Both the position numbers and the translations under genes were made by a program. Positions 43,010 through 52,561 of a stretch of DNA of 64,000 nucleotides are shown piece after piece. Every line of letters begins with the position of its first letter. Position 1 is the stretch's first letter. The stretch is from Gammaproteobacteria bacterium. Lineage in GTDB: Bacteria; Pseudomonadota; Gammaproteobacteria; CBDBNL01; JAAOII01. The DNA lies in assembly GCA_965209035.1 (NCBI GenBank), contig OZ242372.1, forward strand, positions 672,001 through 736,000. The letters run 5' to 3'. Under the pieces are notes generated by a model. The model was not told the DNA's origin, did not search any database, and saw only the letters and a list, made by a program, of their open reading frames with translations.

Positions 43010-44116
43010 CTATACTTTTTGTGCTAGTTGGTTTTCAAGAAACAAAAATTTCTGCTCTTCCCACTTTTGCAAGGCAGTGTACAGAAAAACCAAAAATACA
43101 CTCAATGACAGAGCGATCAAGGTGGTATCAAATGCAATACTTAAAGGTTCCATTGCCCGGTTAATTCCTTCTCCCACATTAACACTTGTTGTGCCAACAA
43201 TGTTTCCTATTTCACCGGCCGCCAACGAAATTCCAAGAACTGTGCCAATAAACCCCAAAATGGGAATCGCCCAATTAATGTAACGCGGCACAAAGTAAAA
43301 GTTTTCGTTGATCTGCCAAACTGTTTCCAAAAAATCTCCGGACACAGACTTGGCAAGTTTGTCTTTTTTCCTGTTGTCCGAATACTCCCGCCATAATGAG
43401 GATATGGCAGAATCGGCCGAGGCAACCCTTAGATGACGAAAACTTAAATAATATTTACCCGCCAAAAGAACCAATTCCCAGTAAAAGAGTGTCAAACACA
43501 AGGGAGGAATGAGACCGCGTTGCAAGAATTTTTCTCTTAAGAAAACAAGCCCGCCGTCGCCAAACAAGTAAAACAAAACCATCGTCAAAGAGGTTAATAT
43601 TGCGGCAACACAAAAACTGACATACAAAGAAGGTCCGCCAAGCAAGCCGTGCAGCCGCTGTTGCAATGAAATTGTTGGCATCATCTCCGAATAAAGAAAA
43701 CGGAGCAAAATTCCGACACAACCGAGGCCCAAAAGGAAAAACAACATCACAGTATGTCCGGCAATATCCGGCGGTTTTTCTCGAAGCAAACCATCCCACA
43801 AAAAGTAACTGCTTAGCAACACCGTAATTAACAACACGATTGCATTAACGGCAATCGCCACACGCATCGCCATCCGAATACCCGCACCTTGTGTGTCTTT
43901 GACATAGATAAACCGAACCGCATAAAGCAAAACATCCGCCAACAACCCGATCACCAATCCGACAACAAGTGTCAATCCCATCAAAGAGGTGAGTGCGCTC
44001 AAAGAAACGGGTAAAAATAACAGGTTGAGCCACCAAACAATTCTGCCAAACTTGCCGGCAAGTTTATTTTTTTTATTTTGGCCCTTTTTGCCAAGGTCTG
44101 CCGTTCTCTTTTTCAT
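43010..44116 (-). CDS. MotA/TolQ/ExbB proton-channel family protein with extra N-terminal TM helices
   Basis: WAIPILGFIGTVLGI and LSIAFDTTLIAL channel helices. Confidence 0.85.
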   Translation of the reverse strand: MKKRTADLGKKGQNKKNKLAGKFGRIVWWLNLLFLPVSLSALTSLMGLTLVVGLVIGLLADVLLYAVRFIYVKDTQGAGIRMAMRVAIAVNAIVLLITVLLSSYFLWDGLLREKPPDIAGHTVMLFFLLGLGCVGILLRFLYSEMMPTISLQQRLHGLLGGPSLYVSFCVAAILTSLTMVLFYLFGDGGLVFLREKFLQRGLIPPLCLTLFYWELVLLAGKYYLSFRHLRVASADSAISSLWREYSDNRKKDKLAKSVSGDFLETVWQINENFYFVPRYINWAIPILGFIGTVLGISLAAGEIGNIVGTTSVNVGEGINRAMEPLSIAFDTTLIALSLSVFLVFLYTALQKWEEQKFLFLENQLAQKV

Positions 44117-44679
44117 TTTTTATTTGTTCGTTGTTTTTTATCTTGCCCATCCCGGTTATCTTTTATCTCCTTGTAAAACGAGCCGTCGTGCGGCTTGTTT
44201 TCAACGGATCCTTCCTCTTTGTTCTGTGTCCCGTTACCCGCGGAGTTGCCCACTGACGTACCCGATGCGTGTGCATCGTCTCTTTTTGTATGCTTCCCGG
44301 GTGGCTTTCCTTTTGTATGGTGAAAGCGACCACTCATGGATACGCCGTGGCGCATGTCTATATCCCGGTAATAAATATCGCCGCGCACACTTGCCCCGGG
44401 CATCAAACTGATCACGCCTTTGGAGTAGATACTGCCGGTTACTTTTCCAAAAATAATGACTCTGTCCGCACGAATATCACCAATGATTTGGGCATTTTTA
44501 CCAAGTATTAACTTGTTTTTCCCTTCTTCTTCGGCAACCAAATCGCCGCGCACGGAACCGTCAAAATAGAAACTACCGCTAAATAACAGGTCCCCGCGAA
44601 TCTTAACAACCGCATTAACATAGGTATCCGATCCCTTAACATCTATACCCGATTCCGGTCTGTTTTTCCCAAACATCAA
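44113..44679 (-). CDS. Bactofilin with charged C-terminal tail
   Basis: IRGDLLFSGSFYFDGSVRGDL, IIGDIRAD, VRGDIYY beta-helix pattern. Confidence 0.88.
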   Translation of the reverse strand: MMFGKNRPESGIDVKGSDTYVNAVVKIRGDLLFSGSFYFDGSVRGDLVAEEEGKNKLILGKNAQIIGDIRADRVIIFGKVTGSIYSKGVISLMPGASVRGDIYYRDIDMRHGVSMSGRFHHTKGKPPGKHTKRDDAHASGTSVGNSAGNGTQNKEEGSVENKPHDGSFYKEIKDNRDGQDKKQRTNKK

Positions 44680-44692
44680 AGAAAGATCCGAA

Positions 44693-45052
44693 TTACCCGC
44701 CGGTGTTTATAAAAGTATTTGCATTCACGCTGGATGACACTTCCAAGGACAAACTTTCACTTTTAATCTCACCTGTGATGCGACCTCCTGCCAGTACACT
44801 GCAACTTTGGGCAATAACTCCGCCCTCCACAAGACCCTTGACATAAACATTGACCGCATGGATTTTCCCTTTAACAGAACCATTTTTCCCTATGGACACA
44901 TCATCGGTACTTACAAGACTTCCTTCCAAATGACCATCCAAATGCAGAGTCCCTGCCAAATTGATGTCGCCGGTCAAAGTAGTCCCTGAAGTGATAACCG
45001 TAGTCCCTCTTTGTCCTGTTGTTGTAATATTGCCGCTATTATCGGTTCCCAC
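44693..45052 (-). CDS. Bactofilin (CcmA-like)
   Basis: TVITSGTTLTGDINLAGTLHLDGHLEG, SIGKNGSVKGKI. Confidence 0.9.
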   Translation of the reverse strand: MGTDNSGNITTTGQRGTTVITSGTTLTGDINLAGTLHLDGHLEGSLVSTDDVSIGKNGSVKGKIHAVNVYVKGLVEGGVIAQSCSVLAGGRITGEIKSESLSLEVSSSVNANTFINTGG

Positions 45053-45954
45053 TTAACTGATTTTATGGTTAAAAAAATCTTATTATAATTTACAAGATTC
45101 CAATTATAAAACAAATACGGATTAATTGGCTTGTCCAGATAGCGGACCTCATAATGCACATGCGGACCGGTTGATATCCCGGTGTTGCCACCCAAAGCAA
45201 TTTGTTCTCCCTTTTGCACCACATCTCCTTTGCTCACCAAGTATTCATCCAAATGTCCGTATACGGTGGAAAATCCGTATGCGTGTTCCAATATCACAAC
45301 CTTGCCATAACCTCCTTTATAGCCGGTAAAAGTTACAGTGCCGGGAGAGGTTGCCACCACACTGTCTCTCATTCGTATGGGAAGATCTATGCCGTGGTGA
45401 AACTGACGGTAATTACGCAAGGGATGAATGCGGACACCATAACTGCTACTAATGTAAGTATCTTTTGCCAAAGGAGTACCGCTGGGAAGAGCATATAGCA
45501 CGCGGGCACGACGATGAATCTCATTATCTAACACACCAAATACCTCTTTATATTCATACGATGACGCGGAATTAAAACCTACAAATTGCGGCGATGCAAA
45601 AATATCGTTCGTTTTTTTCTGCTCCAATACATTCGCAAGAACATTCAATCTTGTCATAATAGCGGATTGAATATTTTCGTTGTGTAACAGTTCTTCCGAC
45701 AGCGTATTGCTGTATACCCGCTGATTATTATATTTGGTTGTCATGCTCTTATATTTAATGTGCATGTCAGCATACTGTCTTTGAATATAATCCTTTTGTT
45801 CTTGCAAGTAATCCACCAAAAATGTGCCTCCAATCAAGCCGACCATCATAGAAAATAACAGGCCCACACCGAGAAATACAACGAACCGATGCGTCCGGAT
45901 CACCCGAGTTCCGTGAATACTACTGATTGTAATTGTTGATCTTTTATGAAGCAT
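44974..45954 (-). CDS. M23/LytM peptidoglycan endopeptidase with TM and coiled coil (Csd1-like)
   Basis: HHGID, YGHL, STGPHVHYEVR; its 3' end overlaps the bactofilin gene. Confidence 0.92.
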   Translation of the reverse strand: MLHKRSTITISSIHGTRVIRTHRFVVFLGVGLLFSMMVGLIGGTFLVDYLQEQKDYIQRQYADMHIKYKSMTTKYNNQRVYSNTLSEELLHNENIQSAIMTRLNVLANVLEQKKTNDIFASPQFVGFNSASSYEYKEVFGVLDNEIHRRARVLYALPSGTPLAKDTYISSSYGVRIHPLRNYRQFHHGIDLPIRMRDSVVATSPGTVTFTGYKGGYGKVVILEHAYGFSTVYGHLDEYLVSKGDVVQKGEQIALGGNTGISTGPHVHYEVRYLDKPINPYLFYNWNLVNYNKIFLTIKSVKWEPIIAAILQQQDKEGLRLSLQGLL

Positions 45955-46061
45955 TCTATTTATATCATTATCCGGTAGTTACCTTTATCTATAGCATAAG
46001 TCATTCATTCCATATATACTATCAATATTATACATCTTACAGGCAAAAACTATGCATACCT

Positions 46062-46345
46062 TGTATGATCCCACCCATTTCCGGACTTTTTTTGTTTTTG
46101 TAAAAATTGGATCGGCGAGAGTTGTTGAGGGAAAAACGCGTATCAGCCGGCATAAAAGACCCGGGTGCTTGCCAATAGATTTCGAATAACAGATGAAAGG
46201 CAGAGACTAAGAATAAGTTAGAAGTTGGAAGTTGAACGAGCAGTCGTCTTATTTGTCGTGCTCTGTCCTGCCTCGTCCTGTCCCGCCCCGATCTGCCGGT
46301 CCGTTCCGGGGCTTCCCTCTTGCCGAACTCTCTTGCCGGCCTCTC
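46062..46345 (-). repeat. Cassette 3' module 1: IS481 right end (about 70 bp) plus conserved non-coding block
   Basis: TGTATGATCCCACCCATTTCCGGACTTTT...GATCGGCGAGAGTTGTTGAG is the reverse complement of the IS end at about 9865-9934. Confidence 0.88.
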
Positions 46346-48274
46346 TTACCGGCCTTGTGTCGAGAGGCCGCCCGGCAGGCAATTCAGGGCCGGGTATTGG
46401 CTGCTCGTGCCGAGATCCCAGACGCGGATGAAGGAGGCACCTGGCCCGTCATCGGTGGCATCTTCCATTTCCTCGCCGGTGTCCGGATCACACCAGAAGC
46501 TGCCCCAGACCTCATAGATGCTCCCGGCAAACTCGGTCGGCGATTGCAAGGCTGTCGTGCTATGACCATCGCCCAAATTACCGGCACTCATAGACTGCAT
46601 GGTGGTTTGATTGTCCCAGTAGGAAGCAATGACATCGGTGTCACTATTGTTGCTGCCGATCAATCCGCCGACATCACTGAGACCTGAAACAAGCCCGGGG
46701 GCGGCATAAGAATAATTAATTTGAGCTCCTGCCCCCGTCCCAACTAGGCCGCCAACACGCGGTCCGGTTGTTCCCTTAACACTTCCGCCGGACACATAAA
46801 CATGGCGAATATTCGCGCTATCCCCTTCCCCTATCAGGCCGCCAACAGCATTACTCCCGGCAACATTCACACCGGACACGGGCGCATAGCGAATATCCGC
46901 ATCCTGACCAAACCCAACCAGGCCGCCAACAGCATTACTCCCGGCAACATTCACACCGGACACGGGCGCATAGCGAATATCCGCATCCTGACCAAACCCA
47001 ACCAGGCCGCCAACATTGCTCCTCCCGGAAATATTCACACCGAACACGGACGCATAGCGAATATCCGCATTAAACCCCTGCCCAACCAGGCCGCCAACAT
47101 TATTAATCCCGGAAATATTCACACCGGACACGGACGCATAGCGAATATCCGCATTCTCGCCCTTCCCAACCAGGCCGCCAGCAAAAGAATCCGCCCCGGA
47201 AACAACTCCGCCGGATACGACGGCATAGCGAATATCCGCATCCTCGCCATTCCCAACTAGGCCGCCAACATTACTACTCCCGAAAACATTCACACCGGAT
47301 ACGGACGCATTGCGAATATCCGCATTCCTACCATACCCAACCAGGCCGCCAACATTAGTGGCACCGCTACTGACATTTGCATTCCGGAGATGCAGATTTT
47401 GGATATCGCCGGTTAAGGCACCAAACAACCCCACTCCATTGGCAGTATTGTTCGCAGAGATGAACAGATCTGCAATACGATAACCCCCGCCGTCAAAGAT
47501 TCCGGTATAAGACGTGCAAACAGTCGATGATGAACAAGAGCCGATCGGCTGCCAACCGCTGCCGGTCGTCCAGACAGACCGGTTGCCACTGCCCGCGGCA
47601 TAGGAATCCGCATCGCTAAAATTCAACGAGCGAGTTAATTCGTAGCCATTACAGCCGGAACTCGGGCAACCCACAGAACCCATAGCGGTAATATTGGGAA
47701 ACATCCCATCATCCGTTCCATTGCCATTGAGATTATCGCGCAGCCGTGCCAAGTCATCCAAAGTGCTGATTTCTATGAGGCTGTTATTATTGTCGTCCAC
47801 ATCTGTCTCATCCAAGATCTCGTCATTGTCATCGTCCGGGTCCTCCCTCAGGGTTGTTTGACATCCGGTAACCAAACTATCCGGCAGCTCATCGCTATCC
47901 GTGTCCACACTCGCACAGGCATCTGTCCGGAACGCATCGTTCGTATCCGCCACGCCATCATTGTCATCGTCCAAATCCTCGCCCGCATCGCGACAGCCGT
48001 CACGGTCATTGTCCGTAGATGCATTGGAAGTCCAGTCGGTATCGCCGCTCGGACAGGCGTCCGCAGTATCCGCAATGCCGTCCCCATCCAAGTCTGTGTT
48101 CGTTCCCCCGCCGGAACCGCCGCCACCGGAACCGCCACCGCCACAGGCGGCGAGTAGGACAACCGATAGAGTGATTGTCAATAATAAAATGATGCCGCTG
48201 CGTGCCGTTTGCCCGGCCGCGGCAATACATGCAATGCAGTTGCTACTGATAGTTTGTATATTAAATATGTTCAT
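46346..48274 (-). CDS. Surface lipoprotein 1: TSP3-like Asp-rich repeats plus GLUG-repeat domain
   Basis: Lipobox LLAAC-GGGG; DxDxDG repeats; 9 GGL(V/I)G units; C-terminus WDLGTSSQYPALNC. Confidence 0.85.
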   Translation of the reverse strand: MNIFNIQTISSNCIACIAAAGQTARSGIILLLTITLSVVLLAACGGGGSGGGGSGGGTNTDLDGDGIADTADACPSGDTDWTSNASTDNDRDGCRDAGEDLDDDNDGVADTNDAFRTDACASVDTDSDELPDSLVTGCQTTLREDPDDDNDEILDETDVDDNNNSLIEISTLDDLARLRDNLNGNGTDDGMFPNITAMGSVGCPSSGCNGYELTRSLNFSDADSYAAGSGNRSVWTTGSGWQPIGSCSSSTVCTSYTGIFDGGGYRIADLFISANNTANGVGLFGALTGDIQNLHLRNANVSSGATNVGGLVGYGRNADIRNASVSGVNVFGSSNVGGLVGNGEDADIRYAVVSGGVVSGADSFAGGLVGKGENADIRYASVSGVNISGINNVGGLVGQGFNADIRYASVFGVNISGRSNVGGLVGFGQDADIRYAPVSGVNVAGSNAVGGLVGFGQDADIRYAPVSGVNVAGSNAVGGLIGEGDSANIRHVYVSGGSVKGTTGPRVGGLVGTGAGAQINYSYAAPGLVSGLSDVGGLIGSNNSDTDVIASYWDNQTTMQSMSAGNLGDGHSTTALQSPTEFAGSIYEVWGSFWCDPDTGEEMEDATDDGPGASFIRVWDLGTSSQYPALNCLPGGLSTQGR

Positions 48275-48362
48275 AATTTATTTTTGTAATTGTGAATTAA
48301 TAAAGTTCCCTAAATAAGGAATAGTAATAATATACCATATTTCGCCGGATCTTCCTTTGAAT

Positions 48363-48661
48363 TGTATGATCCCACCCATTTCCGGACTTTTGTTGTTTTT
48401 GCAAAAACCGGATCGGCGAGAGTTGTTGAGGGAAAACGCGTATCAGCCGGCATAAAAGACCCGGGTGTTTGCCAATAGATTTCGAATAACAGATGAGAGG
48501 CAGAGGCTAAGAAGTGGGAAGTTGAACGAGCAGTCGTCTTATTTGTCGTGCTCTGCCTTGCCTCGCCCTGTCCCGCCCCGATCTGCCGGTCCGTTCCGGG
48601 GCTTCCCTCTTGCCGGCCTCTCTTGCCGGACTCTCTTGCCGGACTCTCTTGCCGGCCCCTC
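48363..48661 (-). repeat. Cassette 3' module 2: IS481 right end plus conserved block
   Basis: Closely similar to 46062-46345. Confidence 0.88.
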
Positions 48662-51259
48662 TTACCGGTCTTGTGCCGAGAGGCCGCCCGGCAGGCAATT
48701 CAGAGCCGGGTATTGGCTGCTCGTGCCGAGATCCCAGACGCGGATGAAGGGGGCGGGCAACTCGGTGGTGCTTTCCGCACCAGTGTTCGGGTTGCACCAA
48801 GCATTGCCCCAGTCGGCATAAATATTGTCCATCCCCGTGAAGTCGGTCGGCGATTGTAATTCCAGCGTGGTCTTACCTCCACCGGGATGACCGGCATCGA
48901 TTGGCTGTTCGGTGGTTACAGTATCCCAGTAGGAAGCAGTGACGACGGTGTCACTATTGTTGCCGATCAATCCACCGACAGCATTCTCACCTGAAACAAG
49001 CCCGGGGGCGGCATAAGAATAATTAATTTGAGCTTCTTCCCCATTCCCAACCAGGCCGCCGGCAACACCCCCGGAAACACTTCCGCCGAGCACATAGGCA
49101 TAGCGAATATCCGCATCCTCACCATACCCAACCAGGCCGCCAACAGCAACACTCACCCCGGAAACATTCACACCGGACACGGACGCATAGCCAATACCCG
49201 CATTCTCACCATCCCCAATCAGGCCGCCAACAGAAATACCTCCGAAAACACTTCCGCCGGACACGGACGCATAGCGAATATCCGCATCCTCACCATCCCC
49301 AACCAGGCCGCCAACAGAAAAAGGCCCGGAAACATCCACACCGGACACGGACGCATAGCCAATATCCGCATTAAGCCCCTGCCCAACCAGGCCGCCAGCA
49401 GCAGTATTCCCGATAACATTTCCGCCGGACACGGACGCATTGCGAATATCCGCATTCTCACCATTCCCAACCAGGCCACCGGCAACCCTTCCGATAACAC
49501 TTCCACCGGACACGGACGCATTGCGAATATCCGCATTCCCACCATTCCCAACCAGGCCACCGGCAACACTCCCGAAAACATCCACACCGGACACGGACGC
49601 ATTGCGAATATTCGCATTCCTACCATCCCCAACCAGGCCACCGGCAACCTTCCCGGCAACACTTCCGCCGGACACGGGCGCATTGCGAATATCCGCATTC
49701 CTACCATACCCAACCAGGCCGCCAGCAACAGTGGTGGCACCGCCACTGACATTTGCATTCAAGAGATGCAAATTTTGGATACCGCCGGTTAAGGCACCAA
49801 ACAACCCCACTCCATAGGCAGTATTGCTCGCAGAGATGAACAGATCTGCAATACGATAACCGCCGCCGTCAAAGATTCCGGTATAAGAGGTGCAATCATT
49901 CACAGCGGAACAAGAGCCGATCGGCTGCCAACCGCTGCCGGTCGTCCAGACAGTCGGGTTGCCACTGCCCGCGGCATAGGAATCCGCATCACCAAAATTC
50001 AACGAGCGAGTCAGCTCATAACCCACACAGCCGCCGTCATCGTCATCCGGGCAGCCCATAGAACCCACAGAGGTGATCTCGGGGATACGGTCATCATCCG
50101 CCCCATCGCCGTTCAGATCATCGCGCAGCCGTGCCAAGTCATCCAAAGTGTGGATCTCGATCAAGCCATTATTATTGTCATCCACATCCTCTGTCAAGGT
50201 AGTATTCACACCGGTCGTGCAACCGGCAGCGAGTTTGTCCGGTGCTCCGTCTCCATCCGTGTCGATGCTCGCACAGGCATCCGTCACAAACGCATCGTCC
50301 GGATCCGCCACGCCATCATTGTCATCGTCCGAATCTTCATCTGTGTCGCGACAGCCGTCACCGTCATGGTCCGCGGACGCATTGGAAGTCCAGCCAGTAA
50401 CACCGGTCGGACAAGTATCGGCCGTATCCGCCACGCCATCATTGTCATCGTCCGAATCTTCATCTGTGTCGCGACAGCCGTCACCGTCATGATCCGCGGA
50501 CGCATTGGAAGTCCAGCCGGTAACACCGATCGGACAAGTATCGGCCGTATCCGCCACGCCATCATTGTCATCGTCATCATCACAGGCATCACCGCCGTCA
50601 TCCGCATTGTCCGTGTTGGCTTGGTCCGCATTGGCAACCAACGGACAATTATCGTTATCATCATCCTCACCGTCACCGTCAATATCTGTGCCTACACCCG
50701 CTCCCGTTGTGCTTGACACAGGAGGTGAGGTCACGATAATGCCGTTCTTATAACGCACCGCAACTGTGATGCTGTAGGTGATGTTATTGGTTAAATCCGT
50801 AATATTGTAGCTGACCCAAGCACGCGGCGAAACATCCGCCACGGTAGAACTAAATTCTTTTGTTGTGCCACCATCGCTCGCATCGTCACGGCGTGTGGTA
50901 ATAACGAACCCGTCGATATTATCCAAGGCCGGATTAGTCCAATCCACGAGAATATAATCCTCACCGGCCAGAGCCTGCATATTGAAAACAGCCAGGAAAT
51001 TCTGAGAAGCAGGATCGCCGCCGCCACCGATGCCATCGCTGCCGCCACAACCTGTCAGGACCAAACCGAACATACCCGCCAGCAGTACACCGTAAAAACG
51101 AGCCAGTATGCACATCCGTCGTGCCCTATTGGGTTCGGGAAAAGCCTTAAAGGCATTAAAAGCATTAAAAATATTAAGGAGACGCACAGATACCGTGCCT
51201 CTTTGTTCGCGGCGCATTGCTTTCGCCGACCGCACAGGAAAAAAGTGTAACTGATTCAT
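48662..51259 (-). CDS. Surface lipoprotein 2: FN3-like domain, TSP3-like repeats, GLUG domain
   Basis: Lipobox LVLTGC; WTNP...YNITDLTNNITYSITV; two 41-aa repeats; 10 GGL(V/I)G units. Confidence 0.85.
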   Translation of the reverse strand: MNQLHFFPVRSAKAMRREQRGTVSVRLLNIFNAFNAFKAFPEPNRARRMCILARFYGVLLAGMFGLVLTGCGGSDGIGGGGDPASQNFLAVFNMQALAGEDYILVDWTNPALDNIDGFVITTRRDDASDGGTTKEFSSTVADVSPRAWVSYNITDLTNNITYSITVAVRYKNGIIVTSPPVSSTTGAGVGTDIDGDGEDDDNDNCPLVANADQANTDNADDGGDACDDDDDNDGVADTADTCPIGVTGWTSNASADHDGDGCRDTDEDSDDDNDGVADTADTCPTGVTGWTSNASADHDGDGCRDTDEDSDDDNDGVADPDDAFVTDACASIDTDGDGAPDKLAAGCTTGVNTTLTEDVDDNNNGLIEIHTLDDLARLRDDLNGDGADDDRIPEITSVGSMGCPDDDDGGCVGYELTRSLNFGDADSYAAGSGNPTVWTTGSGWQPIGSCSAVNDCTSYTGIFDGGGYRIADLFISASNTAYGVGLFGALTGGIQNLHLLNANVSGGATTVAGGLVGYGRNADIRNAPVSGGSVAGKVAGGLVGDGRNANIRNASVSGVDVFGSVAGGLVGNGGNADIRNASVSGGSVIGRVAGGLVGNGENADIRNASVSGGNVIGNTAAGGLVGQGLNADIGYASVSGVDVSGPFSVGGLVGDGEDADIRYASVSGGSVFGGISVGGLIGDGENAGIGYASVSGVNVSGVSVAVGGLVGYGEDADIRYAYVLGGSVSGGVAGGLVGNGEEAQINYSYAAPGLVSGENAVGGLIGNNSDTVVTASYWDTVTTEQPIDAGHPGGGKTTLELQSPTDFTGMDNIYADWGNAWCNPNTGAESTTELPAPFIRVWDLGTSSQYPALNCLPGGLSAQDR

Positions 51260-51434
51260 TATTTTCTATTGTTTATTATTGTTTTCTATTATGATTAATA
51301 TTAATATTTTTTTATAGTTCATATTTTTTGTGTGAAATGTTTCCTTGAATTTTACAAAATTCAAAGAAACATCTCACGATGCTGCACTAGTTACTTGAAT
51401 TTAAGCATTATTATAACTTTAATTTTCAAAATCA

Positions 51435-51638
51435 TGTGTATTCCCGCCTATTTTCGGACTTTTTTTATTTTTGTAAAAACCGGATCGGCGAGAGTTGTTT
51501 GAGAGCATAATGGGGACGTTCGCGATGAGCTTGGCGTTGAATGCCGGCATATCCTTGTAAAAACGAACCGGTATGCACATCCGTCGTGCCCCTTTGTTCG
51601 CGCACCCACCGCACAGGAAAAAAGTGTAACTGATTCAT
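51435..51638 (-). pseudogene. Collapsed cassette: lipoprotein 5' end fused to an IS481 transposase 3' end and degenerate right IR
   Basis: ORF 51638-51465 reads MNQLHFFPVR...ERPHYALKQLSPIRFLQK*; 51435-51556 matches the IS 3' end. Confidence 0.8.
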
Positions 51639-51744
51639 TATTTTCTATTGTTTATTATTGTTTTCTGTCATTATTAATATTAATTTTTGAGAATTATATG
51701 CTTTGTGACCCATAAAAAAGTAAGTGTCATTATTATTCCATTAA

Positions 51745-51925
51745 ATGAGAGTTGAGGAGTAAAATATGAGCATAAATACTGGTAAATACAAGAAAAAAGA
51801 GGGTTATTTTCTGTTCGAGACATTCAGAATGGAAGTTTTGGCAGATCCCCGGGCTGTTTGCAATGGATCTTGAGGCAAATGGCAAATTTTTTGAAGTGCA
51901 TAGGTTGTCAAGTGTATAATTCCCC
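51745..51925 (+). mobile_element. Degenerate remnant of the IS1595/IS1016-like element
   Basis: GTAAAATATGAGCATAAATACTGGTAAATACAAG...TTTTGGCAGAT...GGATCTTGAGGC matches the 5' part of the element at 61340-61460 in the opposite orientation. Confidence 0.7.
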
Positions 51926-51982
51926 TTTTTTGAGACATCACTCAACCATTATTATAACTTTAATTTTCAAAATCATGCTGTA

Positions 51983-52561
51983 TGTATGATCCCACCCATT
52001 TCCGGACTTTTTTTGTTTTTGCAAAAACCGGATTGGCGAGAGTTGTTTGTGGGCATCGCGGGGATCTGCTAAATGATATCAACGCATCCCTCTCATTTCA
52101 AATCCGCAGGGCAGCCGCACCCGCACCCGCACCCGTATAGCGCACTGTGTCGCAAGCGAGAGTGCCGCGACAGGTTTTGAACAACACGCCGCCGCTCGCA
52201 CCGCGGAGACCGGAGTAGTTGGCAGTCCGGCTTACACGCCTTATATTTTTATTCTTGCGGCACTTGAACCCGGCACCCTCCTGTTTGCGGGTTCCTTAAT
52301 AGACGGACTTATTTTTGCAAAAACCGGATCGGCGAGAGCTGTTGAGGGAAAAACGTGTATCAGCCGGCATAAAAGACCCGGGTGCCTGCCAATAGATTTC
52401 GAATAACAGAGATGAGAGGCAGAGGCTAAGAAGTTGGAAGTTGGAAGTTGAACGAGCAGTCGTCTTATTTGTCGTGCTCTGCCTTGCCTCGTCCTGTCCC
52501 ACCCCGAACTGCCGGTCCGTTCCGGAGCTTCCCGCTTGCCGGCCTCTCTTACCGGCCCCTC
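51983..52561 (-). repeat. Cassette 3' module 3: IS481 right end, diverged IS481 leader homolog, second partial IS end, conserved block
   Basis: IR starts at 51983; 52085-52200 resembles the IS leader; CGGACTTATTTTTGCAAAAACCGGATCGGCGAGAG at about 52304. Confidence 0.82.

Noticed and set aside
42485-44116. Zorya defence system or standard Tol-Pal/TonB-Exb
   Set aside because: No OmpA-type domain, ZorC/D/E, TolA/TolB/Pal or TonB is recognisable nearby; kept only as an analogy
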